From Bugula neritina (taxonomy: Eukaryota > Animalia > Bryozoa), in contig OZ037769.1 in assembly GCA_964035545.1 (NCBI GenBank), positions 5,747,929 to 5,811,928 on the forward strand: a stretch of 64,000 nucleotides of DNA, read 5' to 3'. The position numbers and the translations under genes are program-made. Below, in pieces: positions 27,484 to 39,400 of this stretch (the stretch's first letter is position 1; each line of letters starts with the position of its first letter). Under the pieces are notes generated by a model. The model saw only the letters and a list, made by a program, of their open reading frames with translations. It ran no database searches and was not told the DNA's origin.

Positions 27484-30400
27484 TTACAAAGGAGTATCTG
27501 CACACAGACGGTAAGAGGAGTTGTCTTCAGCTGCAGATATGCTAGACGAGGAATAAGACTCATCCTCCATATCAATGAGGTCATCGATATTTGTCACTGG
27601 AGTGTCATCTAAGGTCAATGATTTCTCTACCTTACTGTAGATTGAAGTATAATATGAAGACTCCTCACTCTTGATGCCAACTTTGTATTCCTTCAAACTG
27701 TCTGGACACGCGTCTTCAGTCACTTGTATGTTTCTAGGTGATGGATTTGTTGAAGGAAATCTGTGTTTAGGTAGAACCAATGTGCTAGATCGGGAGTTGC
27801 CTTCACGGGTAATAGTCCCACCAGTTTTTACACTCTTTGACAAGGAGGAGTTCAGATCATTTTCATAATCGGGTTTGTAGAATTCATCGGAAGGAATGGT
27901 TACTGAAAGATTTACGTCGTACTCACTAAGATGCTCCTTTTCATGGCTGAATGTCTTTGCTGCTTTACTGCTACATATACTCTCGGAATCACTTCCATCA
28001 AAACCTGGATTCTCTAAACCAATGACCTCTAGCCTATCAAGACTATTTGCGTCATAGTTGCCTGGGCTATTACTAGTCACATTACCGATGCTGGATTTAG
28101 TAAGTTCGGCAGTGCTAGGAAAAGCTACGTCACTAATGTCATGAATGGCTGAGGCGTGTGCATAGCTGGAATCGTTTGGAGACGTTTCAAAGTACTTGTA
28201 ATCAATGCTCCACTTGGAGTCTGATTGGTGGTTGTCTCCCCTATCGCCTTGCTGTGTGTGAATCATCAATGAATCTGATTTCATTCGCCTGATACTGGCA
28301 TGTGCACCTGCCAGCACCTGATATCTCGGGTTGAATAAATCTGCTTTTTCTGTAACCGCGGGCAATCTGTGACCTTCGAACTCACTTAAAGCTGCTTTTG
28401 CAGCATTTATCACCTTTTTCTCTCTTTCAAGTTTCTTCTCTTGCTTTTTTAGAGACTTGGCATGTTTGGCTGGTTTAACTGATGGCATTGCTCTAGTAGG
28501 CGATTGGGAAGTCATCTATTGGGAAATAGATAAAATATATAACTCTAGCATGCATATTACTTAAATAGTTACAGAACCAATTTCAGCAGAAATAAAGAGA
28601 ATAATTTTATGCTAAAATTTAGATGATTAAAGTAGAGTATTGAATCTTGAGTCTTTGAAATAAAATAAGATATAAATTATTTTGATATCAGAGATCTGCT
28701 TTTTAGTTACTGAGCTGAACTAATACTGAGCTTCTTTAACAAAGTGTTTTCTCTATTGTGAAGTAAATACTCCATAGTTTAAAATTATATTGTGTATAAT
28801 ACTGTATTAAAGTTAGCAGTATGCGTGCATGTTTTTACTGTGTGTTTCTACAGTGCTTTGTGTGTATGCAGATAGTTGCATGCATTTATATATAAATTAT
28901 ATTTTTGTGTTGAATGAAAAATATGTTTTGATTTGACCAAAGTGTCTAAGTAGCAGCAGCATGCAAGAGGCAGTGTTGAACTAAGACTTGGCATACCCAG
29001 AGATGAAGCGATAGAAGTTGCTAAAGTATTAGCAGCGTAATGATGTTCTTCTGGCTGTAAAATCATTTTGCTTAGTTTGTATATTCAACTATTGTATATT
29101 TGCTGTTTTTCATGTTGTAATAAGTTAAATAATTCATAATTCTATTCTGTTGACAGCCTGTTAAGGTAAAGCAGCGTTTTTGGGCAATCGCATTGCTATA
29201 CTCAATTACTAAATTTTTGAAGACAAAAGACAATGACACATTCACATTTCCTTTCATGTTTTCTACTCCAGAATTTGTAGTTATATTCTATCATATTTCA
29301 TAGTTGGTACCTGGTATTCTTCTTCATTGACAACAAAAGTGCCACTATTTTGAGATTTTGGACGCATAACTCTTCTTGGGGAACTTGAATATTCATTAAA
29401 TCTTTCAGCCATGTCTAATTCTGGGCTTCCGTGATGAGAATTTCTGTGTGGGTTTTTTTTATACAGCTACAGTATACATGTGATACATATTATTATACAA
29501 CATAATTATATTATGGTCATAGTGTACAGGTACATAAGTATTATGAAGGAATATTATTTCTACACAATACGTGATCTGCACTTCCTTAACTGTGTTAACT
29601 TCTTTCTGAACCTATTCATTAGCCACTTACCGGTTTCCTAATTTGTCTTTTAGATGTTTGTTTTACTGCTCCATTTTGATTGGTAGAGACTCTGAAACAA
29701 TTACTTCGATGTGTAAAAGGCCATTACTACTACATAATATAATGAAGACTGGATAAATAGAGATCAATTGTCTTGAGATGCAAAGTCTTACATTCTAAAC
29801 AATATAACATAAGCATAATTATAGTTCCACACCTATCAGTTTTTTATAAAAGCTAGACTCGCATAAATTAATGATGTTGTTGTATAAACAGTTCAGGCTA
29901 TTAAATGATTTTACCATCAATATAATTATCATTCTATATAAATATAATTCAACACATGGAGAATGTTTCTGTGATAGGAGCAAAAATATTGATATTTACC
30001 CAATTTCTTTCCATAGATCCGGCACAACAATTATAATACCATTATTCAGCATTTAATTGCTCTCTAATTATTGATTCTAAACTCATTGAACATCTTCATT
30101 CAAATTTATCACTCAACACTTTTGAATTAGTTTATCACGTTTTTTACACCAATACCTTGTAATTGTTTTTGATGATTGTCTATTTTGATAGTCTGCTTTT
30201 TCATCTAGCCTGAGAACTCTCATCTTCTTCTCTTCACGCTTTCTTAGATTCCTACAAGCACATGCTATGGCCACTCCCAAGGCAGCTGCCAGTAACAGCA
30301 CTCCAGTGCATACCCCTGCCACCCAGTAAAACGTAGTCACATCTAGCTTGGAGACAACTCCAGTTGTTGTGCTGGTTGTGGTATCTTCCTTTCCATCAGC

Positions 30401-33400
30401 GCCTATCAGATTTACTGTAACATTCATGAACATTTTATTACTAAACTTCAAAGCCGAATACAAAATGAGAATGGGTAACTTTTATGCAACTAATTTTACT
30501 GAGTAACTTTTACTAAATTTATTATTTATTTTTTGAATAAAAGCAAAGGTATTTTCTACTTTTGAAAGCTTTGATTTGTTTTGAAAAGAATTTAGTACCA
30601 AATTAATCAAGTTTAAATTCTAAGTAACTTTGTCTGGCAGTATTACCTTGCTGAAACCCTTGCATTTTAAACACAAAGCAATGTTTTGTAATATTGCTAT
30701 TTTTCTCTCCACACCAATACGAAACTTTTATTAACTTTCCTTCAACTTGGCTCCCATTTGTTATCTGCAACAGAATATTAAATACAGGCTCGATCCTCTA
30801 TTAATACGTTAGTTAGTTTATTTCAAGGGTGGGCAACAGGGGCCTCAGGGCTACCTGTGGCCCTTCGCCCCTTTTTCAATGGCCCATTTAATACTTAAGA
30901 TAAGGAAAAGCTGTTATACACATTCTGATTAGCACAGTATAGGTTTGGTGACAAATTACTTTATTATGATACAATTTAATATGTGTACAATCATGTGACC
31001 CTTTGTTTTGATTGACTTCTGAATTTGGCCCTCATGCAAAAGAAGTTGCCCTCCCCTGATTTAGTACATTGAAAATTATTGCTAATGAGCTAGAAAACTG
31101 AAAATAAAAATCACCAGCTTGTGAAGCTGCAACATTCTGCTAATATATGTTTATTTGTGTGGGAAACATCTGTCATTACCTCCTTGCTAGCAAACTTTGA
31201 CAAGATTTAACAAGAATCTACATGATAGCTTTATAATAAACTCTGCACTTTTAAGGATTTATGAGTTGCAACTGTTTCCTTTTAAATTTATTATTTTGTC
31301 ATGAAAAATGAACTTTAAGAAAACTTTGACATTTACAGCATGGCAGGCCAGCCAGTACAGAAAATCAAGTAAGTATACTGGTTTAGAAAACTGACCAATT
31401 TTGCAGGAACAAAATATCACTAAAATACTTTAGTTCATTGGATTTCCTGGCAGCTCTTGACAGCATGACCTGACATGAACTCAATCGTTAGGTCAAAAGA
31501 CTTAAAAACTTGACTTTTGAAGGTTGTAGATCTCACCCTAAAACATGCTAGCAATGTGACTTTATAACAAGCCAGTTTTTTATATTATATTTGGTTGATA
31601 TCTTACTATAAGGTAACTGGAGTTGTCATCTCTCTTGACTTCTAACATGATAACATCGGGAGGTAATAGTTCCCACCCTTTCTCAGATTCTAATTGGGCA
31701 TCCAAACTTGGAGTCTCACAGTTTGATTCTTGAAGTAAGCTTGCACTCAGCAAAGTCACTATAAACATAGCTTAATAATTTTATTGCAAGTTTGAAACCA
31801 GAGATCTGTGTGTTGCAAATTATGGGCAAAACGAGTAAATAAGGTAATTATTGAGTGATATATAATATTAATATATTGCATCTACTTTTAATGACCTACA
31901 GATTAGAAAATTGTTATACACTATAAAATTTTATTGGTCTACAGAATTACATATTGCTTACTTGGAAGCTGTGGGTACAGTTTCTTGTTGGAAAGAATAA
32001 ATGTGAATATTTGATTCTCTGTGTCCCGAATCATGTTCGAGCAGCCTAGAAAGAAAACCACAGCCATAATAAACCAGCTCAAGTTCTTACTATATTTTCT
32101 TAAACGATTTGCTAATCATTACCAGTTATTACTTCACTCCATTTCTACAGAGTATATAAGTATTTAGGTTGACCACTTTGCAGCAACTTTTTAAAGTGTA
32201 CCTAGCATTTCACTCCATGCTAGCGGTTACAACTTGTTCATTCTCACTTTTCTGGTTCTAACTAAAACTATATAAAATATTGCCATGTTGAAGTTACGTG
32301 TTTGCAAAAATTTTATTACCATTTGAAGACTGCATTACCTTCAACCTCAGAGATGCATTCCTTTTTCTCTGCGCTGAATGTGTTCCTGGTTTGTGGACAC
32401 TGACACTGGCATTTCTCCCCAACAACAGAACTAGCGTTGTACTTGTTACAGTCAACCTGTCCCTCACAGTTCTCCACTGAGTGAGTAAGTCTACATAGAA
32501 ATTAGAATAAGCTTATCTCTTGAGCTACTTTTTTAGATTTCGAGTAGAAGTTGTCCTACTCCTTTATTGGGACCATAAACATTTTTGATGAAAAATGTTC
32601 ACACTGTTCACACAATGTTCCCACTTGCTGTGCTGACAACCTTGTCTTGTTAATCTAATTGAAATAAAGTATTGAGATCAAAAGGCTCATTTATGAGTGG
32701 CTTATAGTCTAAAAGTTGCAGCATGTTCAAATTCAACAGTCCAAACTCGAAAGCTAAAATAAACAGAATGTGTATAGTTGGAAAAAGTTCTTATTATCTT
32801 TAAGTTACATTAAAAGCTTTGTTTTGCCTTAATAGTTTGAAACTTTTTTTATACAATATTCATTATCAAACTGGCATGGATATTTTAGCAAAACGGTCAA
32901 GTGAAATTTAAAAACCATTAGTTCACATTCACATATCTCTATAAGAAATTTATTTATAAAAACTTATTTTTGTTTAAAATTTAAGTATCATACTATTAAT
33001 AAAGGTGATCAGGATGCCGAAGTTTTAATTTCAGCCCAGTGTTGTTAGATTTATTGATTTTAACATATTGCAGTTGCTGCTAGTTGAAAGAGTCGCTAGT
33101 TACGTGATAAATTAATAATAATGCTAGTATTGATAATATTGTTATTGATACTAAAACTTTAATATGAAATAGCTGTGTTTGAAAGATGCTGACCGTTTTT
33201 AAAACTCTAGGGATATAGGAGCATAGACTGGGGTATAATATTATACGATTGTATTTATACTTCATCGAGTGTGTGGTTGATGTCCATTATGTCCCAAAGA
33301 AAACGATACCCTTGAGTTGTGTTGCATTGTTTGAGGTGCAAGATAAATTCTAGCTGCCTATGTCAATACTTTCTGTGAACCAACACAAATGTATGCTAAA

Positions 33401-34441
33401 AATAAGCATATCAACTGTGTTATATAATAAGAGAAAATCATTAGCACAAGGTATAACCTAAAAAGCCCGTCTGGTAGTACAATCAACTTTTTATTTATAT
33501 CCCTCTTCAGTGCAGTGATTGCAACTGCTTTGTTATGGTTGCTTGAGCTTTTGTTAAAACAATTACACACAACATTTGTAACAACAAGAAAGTCTATTCA
33601 GCACTAAATAGTTCTGGTGCAATATTTTCAACACAGTTGGGAAAAACAAAACAACTTCCTTTAAAAGTGGGTGCAGGTAGTAAAAGAATAACTATGTATG
33701 TTTTGCTTCTATGTGTGATTTAAAGCTGTTACGACAGAAATTTAGATTATATGAGCTATAAGAGAAATGACTTTTTTCAGTTGCATAACACAGCAAAAAT
33801 GATGTTAAATGTTTGATACCTGTGACTGCATTACATAGGTCATAGTATAATCGCAGAGGCTGGGAGAATCACCTCTCAAACATGCCACATTCATTAGAAT
33901 TTCATGTCTACATAGCCGTGACAAAGACACTTTTTAGGTAAACACAAAATTATTTTCTTTCCTAAGAATGTCTCGAGGTAGGTGCAATGGAGAACGTGAG
34001 AAAAGCTTGTATTCTATATTGGAAAGGTAAACAATTTTTAACCAAGTTTTAGAGTCTAGACTAAAATTTATTAAGAAAATAAACTTAGAACTTAGGCTAT
34101 CAAAATTTTTCATTGTACTACAAGTACGTGTGTACTCAATAGCCTACTCATTAGCCGGAAATTTTGTTAACTATATTAAACTTTGAAAAGAATGCAAACA
34201 GAATGAAGGTTGAAACTGATGTAATTGTCATTGTGCAATTTCAACAATCAGCTAAAGTTATTAAAATAGATACAAAAACACATCTCTCCATTATTAAGTC
34301 GTGATAACCTATTATAACAGAGTGGTATTACCTGTCAGGAGTTATCCCATCTCTTCTGTGTATAACCACACTAGTACTGGACACGCTAGCAATCGTCCAT
34401 AGGCTTGCTGTACAGCAGACTACCATCACTGTTAGAATCAT
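27484..34441 (-). CDS. shavenoid-like single-pass type I membrane protein, 9 coding exons, ~703 aa
   Basis: Exons 34332-34441, 32339-32490, 31962-32045, 31607-31758, 30647-30764, 30156-30402, 29631-29691, 29311-29466, 27484-28515 (2112 nt, in phase). Signal peptide MILTVMVVCCTASLWTIASVSS; Cys-rich ectodomain (NCEGQVDCNKYNASSVVGEKCQCQCPQTRNTFSAEKKECISEVEGC...AQLESEKGWELL...GKLIKVSYWC...CFVFKMQG) matching my recollection of the shavenoid ectodomain; TM FYWVAGVCTGVLLLAAALGVAIACAC followed by RNLRKR; long Ser-rich tail ending DTPL. Confidence 0.85.
30824..31058. mobile_element. hAT (Charlie-like) MITE
   Basis: Ends CAAGGGTGGGCAAC ... GTTGCCCTCCCCTG with internal GGCCC motifs; the 8-bp flanks match only partly. 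Confidence 0.65.
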
Positions 34442-34942
34442 GATTCTAGTCAGTAATTAGTGGAGCAACCAAAGACATCTACATTTGGTACAGTTTATGA
34501 ATTATAAACAGATAGATCTCACTGTACTTTAGATCGCTATCTTCATTTGTTGCAATGACTTCTATTTAACACTACACACTTTGAGGCTGAGCTGACAGGA
34601 ATACAGCTGAATGTAAACTGATTGCTAGCAAAGTTTTCAGTTCTAGTACATGACTTGCACACCTTGTTTGCTATTGGTTATATTGATCCATTAAACAATT
34701 ACATGAGCTTCACTAGCTTACTACAGCCTCATTGTTTATTGAATTCCAAGTGCATTGATTTCTCTATATTCCATAGCTAATGGTGCTATTCTACAATACA
34801 ATACAGTTCAATGAACAGCTATTAGCATTGCATTACTGAAACAGACCAGTGAAAAATGATTGAAAACTGCACTTACACAAAAAGCCCTAATGATCTAAGA
34901 ATATACTAAACATACATTATAGGGAAAGTACAGAATAATCAG

Positions 34943-35179
<237 letters not shown>

Positions 35180-35181
35180 AA

Positions 35182-35228
35182 TCTGTGGACAGCAGCTGTT
35201 TCGGGATTTGTCCCCTCATCAGCACAGA
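35182..35228 (-). ncRNA. type I hammerhead ribozyme (copy 1)
   Basis: Minus-strand RNA UCUGUG-CUGAUGA-GGGG ACAAA UCCC-GAA-ACAG CUG CUGU-C^-CACAGA: intact CUGANGA/GAAA/GUC core with stems I, II and III; cleavage predicted between 35188 and 35187. Confidence 0.93.
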
Positions 35229-35452
35229 ACAGAGTACCATGGCCCACACCTTCGCAATAGTAAAACTTATAGTTTTACTAAAGCATATTTAAAAGGTGTG
35301 TAAACTCAAGCCAGAGTGCTCAAGTGACTCTAGGGGTCACCTAGGAGTCACGAGCATTGCAAAATGCTAGCAGCTTGAGTTTGTGACCATGGTGAGAGTG
35401 CTCAATCATTTAATGTCATTGATGAGCATTAAATGAGAGCGTAATATCTCAA

Positions 35453-35499
35453 TCTGTGGACAGCAGCTGTTTCGGGATTTGTCCCCTCATCAGCACAGA
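35453..35499 (-). ncRNA. type I hammerhead ribozyme (copy 2)
   Basis: Same sequence as copy 1; cleavage predicted at 35459/35458. Confidence 0.93.
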
Positions 35500-35723
35500 A
35501 CAGAGTACCATGGCCCACACCTTCGCAATAGTAAAACTTATAGTTTTACTAAAGCATATTTAAAAGGTGTGTAAACTCAAGCCAGAGTGCTCAAGTGACT
35601 CTAGGGGTCACCTAGGAGTCACGAGCATTGCAAAATGCTAGCAGCTTGAGTTTGTGACCATGGTGAGAGTGCTCAATCATTTAATGTCATTGATGAGCAT
35701 TAAATGAGAGCGTAATATCTCAA

Positions 35724-35770
35724 TCTGTGGACAGCAGCTGTTTCGGGATTTGTCCCCTCATCAGCACAGA
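35724..35770 (-). ncRNA. type I hammerhead ribozyme (copy 3)
   Basis: Same sequence as copy 1; cleavage predicted at 35730/35729. Confidence 0.93.
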
Positions 35771-35994
35771 ACAGAGTACCATGGCCCACACCTTCGCAAT
35801 AGTAAAACTTATAGTTTTACTAAAGCATATTTAAAAGGTGTGTAAACTCAAGCCAGAGTGCTCAAGTGACTCTAGGGGTCACCTAGGAGTCACGAGCATT
35901 GCAAAATGCTAGCAGCTTGAGTTTGTGACCATGGTGAGAGTGCTCAATCATTTAATGTCATTGATGAGCATTAAATGAGAGCGTAATATCTCAA

Positions 35995-36039
35995 TCTGTG
36001 GACAGCAGCTGTTTCGGGATTTGTCCCCTCATCAGCACA

Positions 36040-36041
<2 letters not shown>
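35995..36041 (-). ncRNA. type I hammerhead ribozyme (copy 4, lacking the distal stem I extension)
   Basis: Same core; the element ends at CACAGAA directly into (TA)n; cleavage predicted at 36001/36000. Confidence 0.9.

Positions 36042-36042
<1 letters not shown>

Positions 36043-36091
<49 letters not shown>
36043..36091. repeat. (TA)n microsatellite, right flank of retrozyme
   Basis: Perfect TA run. Confidence 0.95.
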
Positions 36092-36095
<4 letters not shown>

Positions 36096-36430
36096 CACAA
36101 TTTAAAAGAGGACAACTTTAACTGAATTAGCAACATTTCTTATAAAAATATTAATTATATGCACAAAATGAGATTTTGTAGTCAAAAACAATTGTCTGGA
36201 TAATTTTCACCTCCTATTGTTGCATATTTTGTCAGCATTCTGGCAATGCAACAATTGTGTGTTTCATTGTCCATTGTCTTGTTTACTAAATTGTAGTGTT
36301 GAATAATCATATAAATTTCAATTACAAATGGCGTTGAGTCATGACTCATTTTACAGTTTGTTGTTGCAACTGACAGTCAGTCTAGAATAATACTGCTTAG
36401 TTGAATAAGCTTGGTGGGAGGCAGTGAGAG

Positions 36431-39400
36431 ATGCCAGAGAGTAGACAATCCACATCGACTCCTCTTAGTAGGAGTAGTCTTTCCAGTATTACTACTGCGG
36501 ACACAAGTGTAAGCATTTTTCTAGTAAAACTGCTGACACAAATGTAAGTCTCTCTAGTAGTACTACCGCCACCAATAGTGCAAGTATTTTATAGTATTAC
36601 TATAATGTCAACACAAAGGGAGCAGCCGTGGTCTAGGGGTTAGAGTGTTTGGCTTAGTAAACACAAAGTCATTGGTTTGAAGCCCGACAAAAGTCATTGG
36701 TGATGTTAGGAAGAGCATCCAGTCATAATTGCTCTTTCGCCTCATCTGAATAAGTCCTTAGCCTAAGTTAACAAACACCCTTTCTACCAGGGATTCTCAC
36801 AGAGATGGTGACTATAAACTTGCGTGAGATTTTTTATTGTCGACACAAGTGTAAGTCTCTTTATAATGATGCTATCGATGACAAAATGTAAATTCCTCTA
36901 GTAATATTGCTACTGATAACACAGGTGTAAGTGTTTTTAACATCGTAATGCTACTGCTGAAACAAGCGTAAATCCCTAGCATTACCACTGCTAGCAATAT
37001 TTCTAGTGTTACTAACATAATTACTGACTAGGTAAAGAGTTCCTTATCTTCTCTATTTTAGGGACTCCACAGTTTCCAGGTGAGATTCTCTATAGACCCA
37101 ACAGAGAGCAGTAAAGAAAGCAGACGTTCGACTTCACCAAAGCGCCCTTATGACACCAACACCACTAAAACCTCCAAGGTCAAGCAGTCGACTTCCCGAC
37201 CTGCTCTAAAAAATTCTCTTCAGAAACTGAGAATTCTTGGGCCACTGGTTGAGTCAAAGATTGCAGAGCACCATGGTTAGTTGCTCAGCTTCACAGAAGC
37301 ATGCATTTTATCTGTTGCAACTAAAATTACAAGCTTTGCTATCTGATCAAGTATAAAATATTTGCCTCCAATGGGATTCGAACCTAAAAACCTCTTAGCT
37401 TGCAAGCTGGCTTGCTAGCCATTACATCATGCAGGAGCTGCTGGGTAAACCAAAAACTACAAAAAAAAAACCAAATACAACCTTATATTGAAGTAAAATT
37501 TTTGATGTCGAAATATTTTTTAAACCCTGGAGAAGTCCTAATAGTTAAAGAAGAAAGATTTTAAGGTGCCCCTCCAATTGTTTTAATATATTTGTACAGA
37601 TCAAGCGAGTACCCCACAGAAAGAGAAAACTAGTTCCAGTAAATTCGATGCTGTGATATATTTCAAAAAGTTAGCCTCAGTAAGCAAACAGATACAGGCT
37701 GGCATCAAATCGTCCCATCTTGGAGTTCAAGGTATTGGAACAAAGGTTGAACAGCAGACACTCAATATAACCAGAGTAGGTCAATATCAAGCACAGTGTA
37801 TTAAAAAACTCTAACATTTTCAACTATTTTTGCAACTTTGGATTTGGTTTCAAGTTACAATTTCTGTACAGTCATGTTTTCAATTTATCTCATTTGAATT
37901 CACTTTTTTCAGAAGTAAAAAGCAAAAAGCGCCAATTAATATTTATAGCTATAGTTTTTAATGCGACAAGAAAGGACACATAATATACTTGTATGTAATA
38001 TACAGACATAAAAATAGCTAAGAGAATGTGTATTGCTTTGTAACAAAATAATGCAGTTGCAAGTCAATGTAAAGCCCTTATAATTCAAAATTCATTGAGT
38101 TCTCAATTATAATCTATGACCTAATTTCTTGGGTTAAAATGCTCGATGCTAAAGTTAGAATGATGAACGATGTAATAAAAATTCTGGGTCTGAAATTATA
38201 AATACAGAACTTTTGATTTTAGAGTGGAATTATTGACCATGAAGGAAATATTGACCCTCAACTAAATAATGAAAAGAAATCGTGGCCTGTGGTCTTGAGA
38301 AGTATTCTCAAACTGCATACAACTGGCAAAATCAAAATGATGGTTAGTCTAAGTTCTATGCTGCTATTACTATACCTGCCGCTAAAGTAAATCGCTTGAT
38401 GCAGCATAATATTTGGAAGCACCGGGTGCAGTGGTTGGGGGTCTTGGGTTAGGACTATTTTGTTTATTGACATTGCACTCAGCAAACTATAACTTTGTGC
38501 TGCATCTAGCGATCCCTTCTGCTCAATAGTTTACTCAATTTGACTTTGCTATTAATAAAACAAACAAGGAACAGCCATGGTCTGTGGCTTAACAAACATG
38601 AAGTCATGGGTTCAAACCCCACTAAAGGCTATTGAAAGATCATCCAGTCTTCCTGTGCCATTTTAGATGCATAAGTACTCAGGACAGTTTAACAAAACCC
38701 TTTCCATCAGGGGTTTCTTACAAAGGTATACACTATAAACATGAGCGAGTTTTTTTTATCAGTAGAATACATATCTATTTGAGTATTGGCACACAACTTA
38801 CAGGTTCATGTGGCAGATGGGAATAGCCCAGGTTACTATCTACGTCCAGTGTTTCACTGTGAGAGGTGTCACAAATATTTCATACATCACGCTGACATTG
38901 ATACCACCTGTCAACAGCTGTCTATGCCGATACTCGGTCCCTGGTTTGTTGTCGGTCCAGCTACGGTAAAGTTTGTTCTGGTAAGTTCTGTAACTCTGGC
39001 ATTGTTTAATATTTCCATTGAAATCTTCTTGTATGTTTAGTGTAGCTTAGCTATTCTAATATAGCTATTCTAGCTTAGCTATTCTAGCTTAGCTATTCTA
39101 GTATAGCTATTCTAGTATAGCTATTCTAATATAGCTATTCTAATATAGCTATTCTAATATAGCTATTCTAGCTTAGCTGTTCTAGTATAGCTATTCTAGC
39201 TTAGCTATTCTAGTATAGCTGTTCTAGCTTAAATTAGTCATTCTATATTAGCTATTCTAGCATACAGCTGCTCTATCTGTGGAAAGACTAGCAATTAATA
39301 ACTAATGATAGGACATAAAAACCTGACTGCAAAAATCGGTTTTTATTTAGTGTTCATCTACTTTTGGTAACATCGAAAAATTTAAAAAAAAGCAACTTGA

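Noticed and set aside
29311-29691. Mutually exclusive exons in the shavenoid-like gene
   Set aside because: An in-frame acceptor at 29467 lets both exons be included consecutively.
35419-35445. Second, plus-strand hammerhead (TTGATGAG...), which would imply an ambisense viroid-like replicon
   Set aside because: The core begins TTGA rather than CTGA, and no stem II followed by GAAA is present; the stretch is one arm of a hairpin.
37363-37436. Functional tRNA gene
   Set aside because: A and B boxes are present but the acceptor and D stems do not pair properly; more likely a SINE head or pseudogene.
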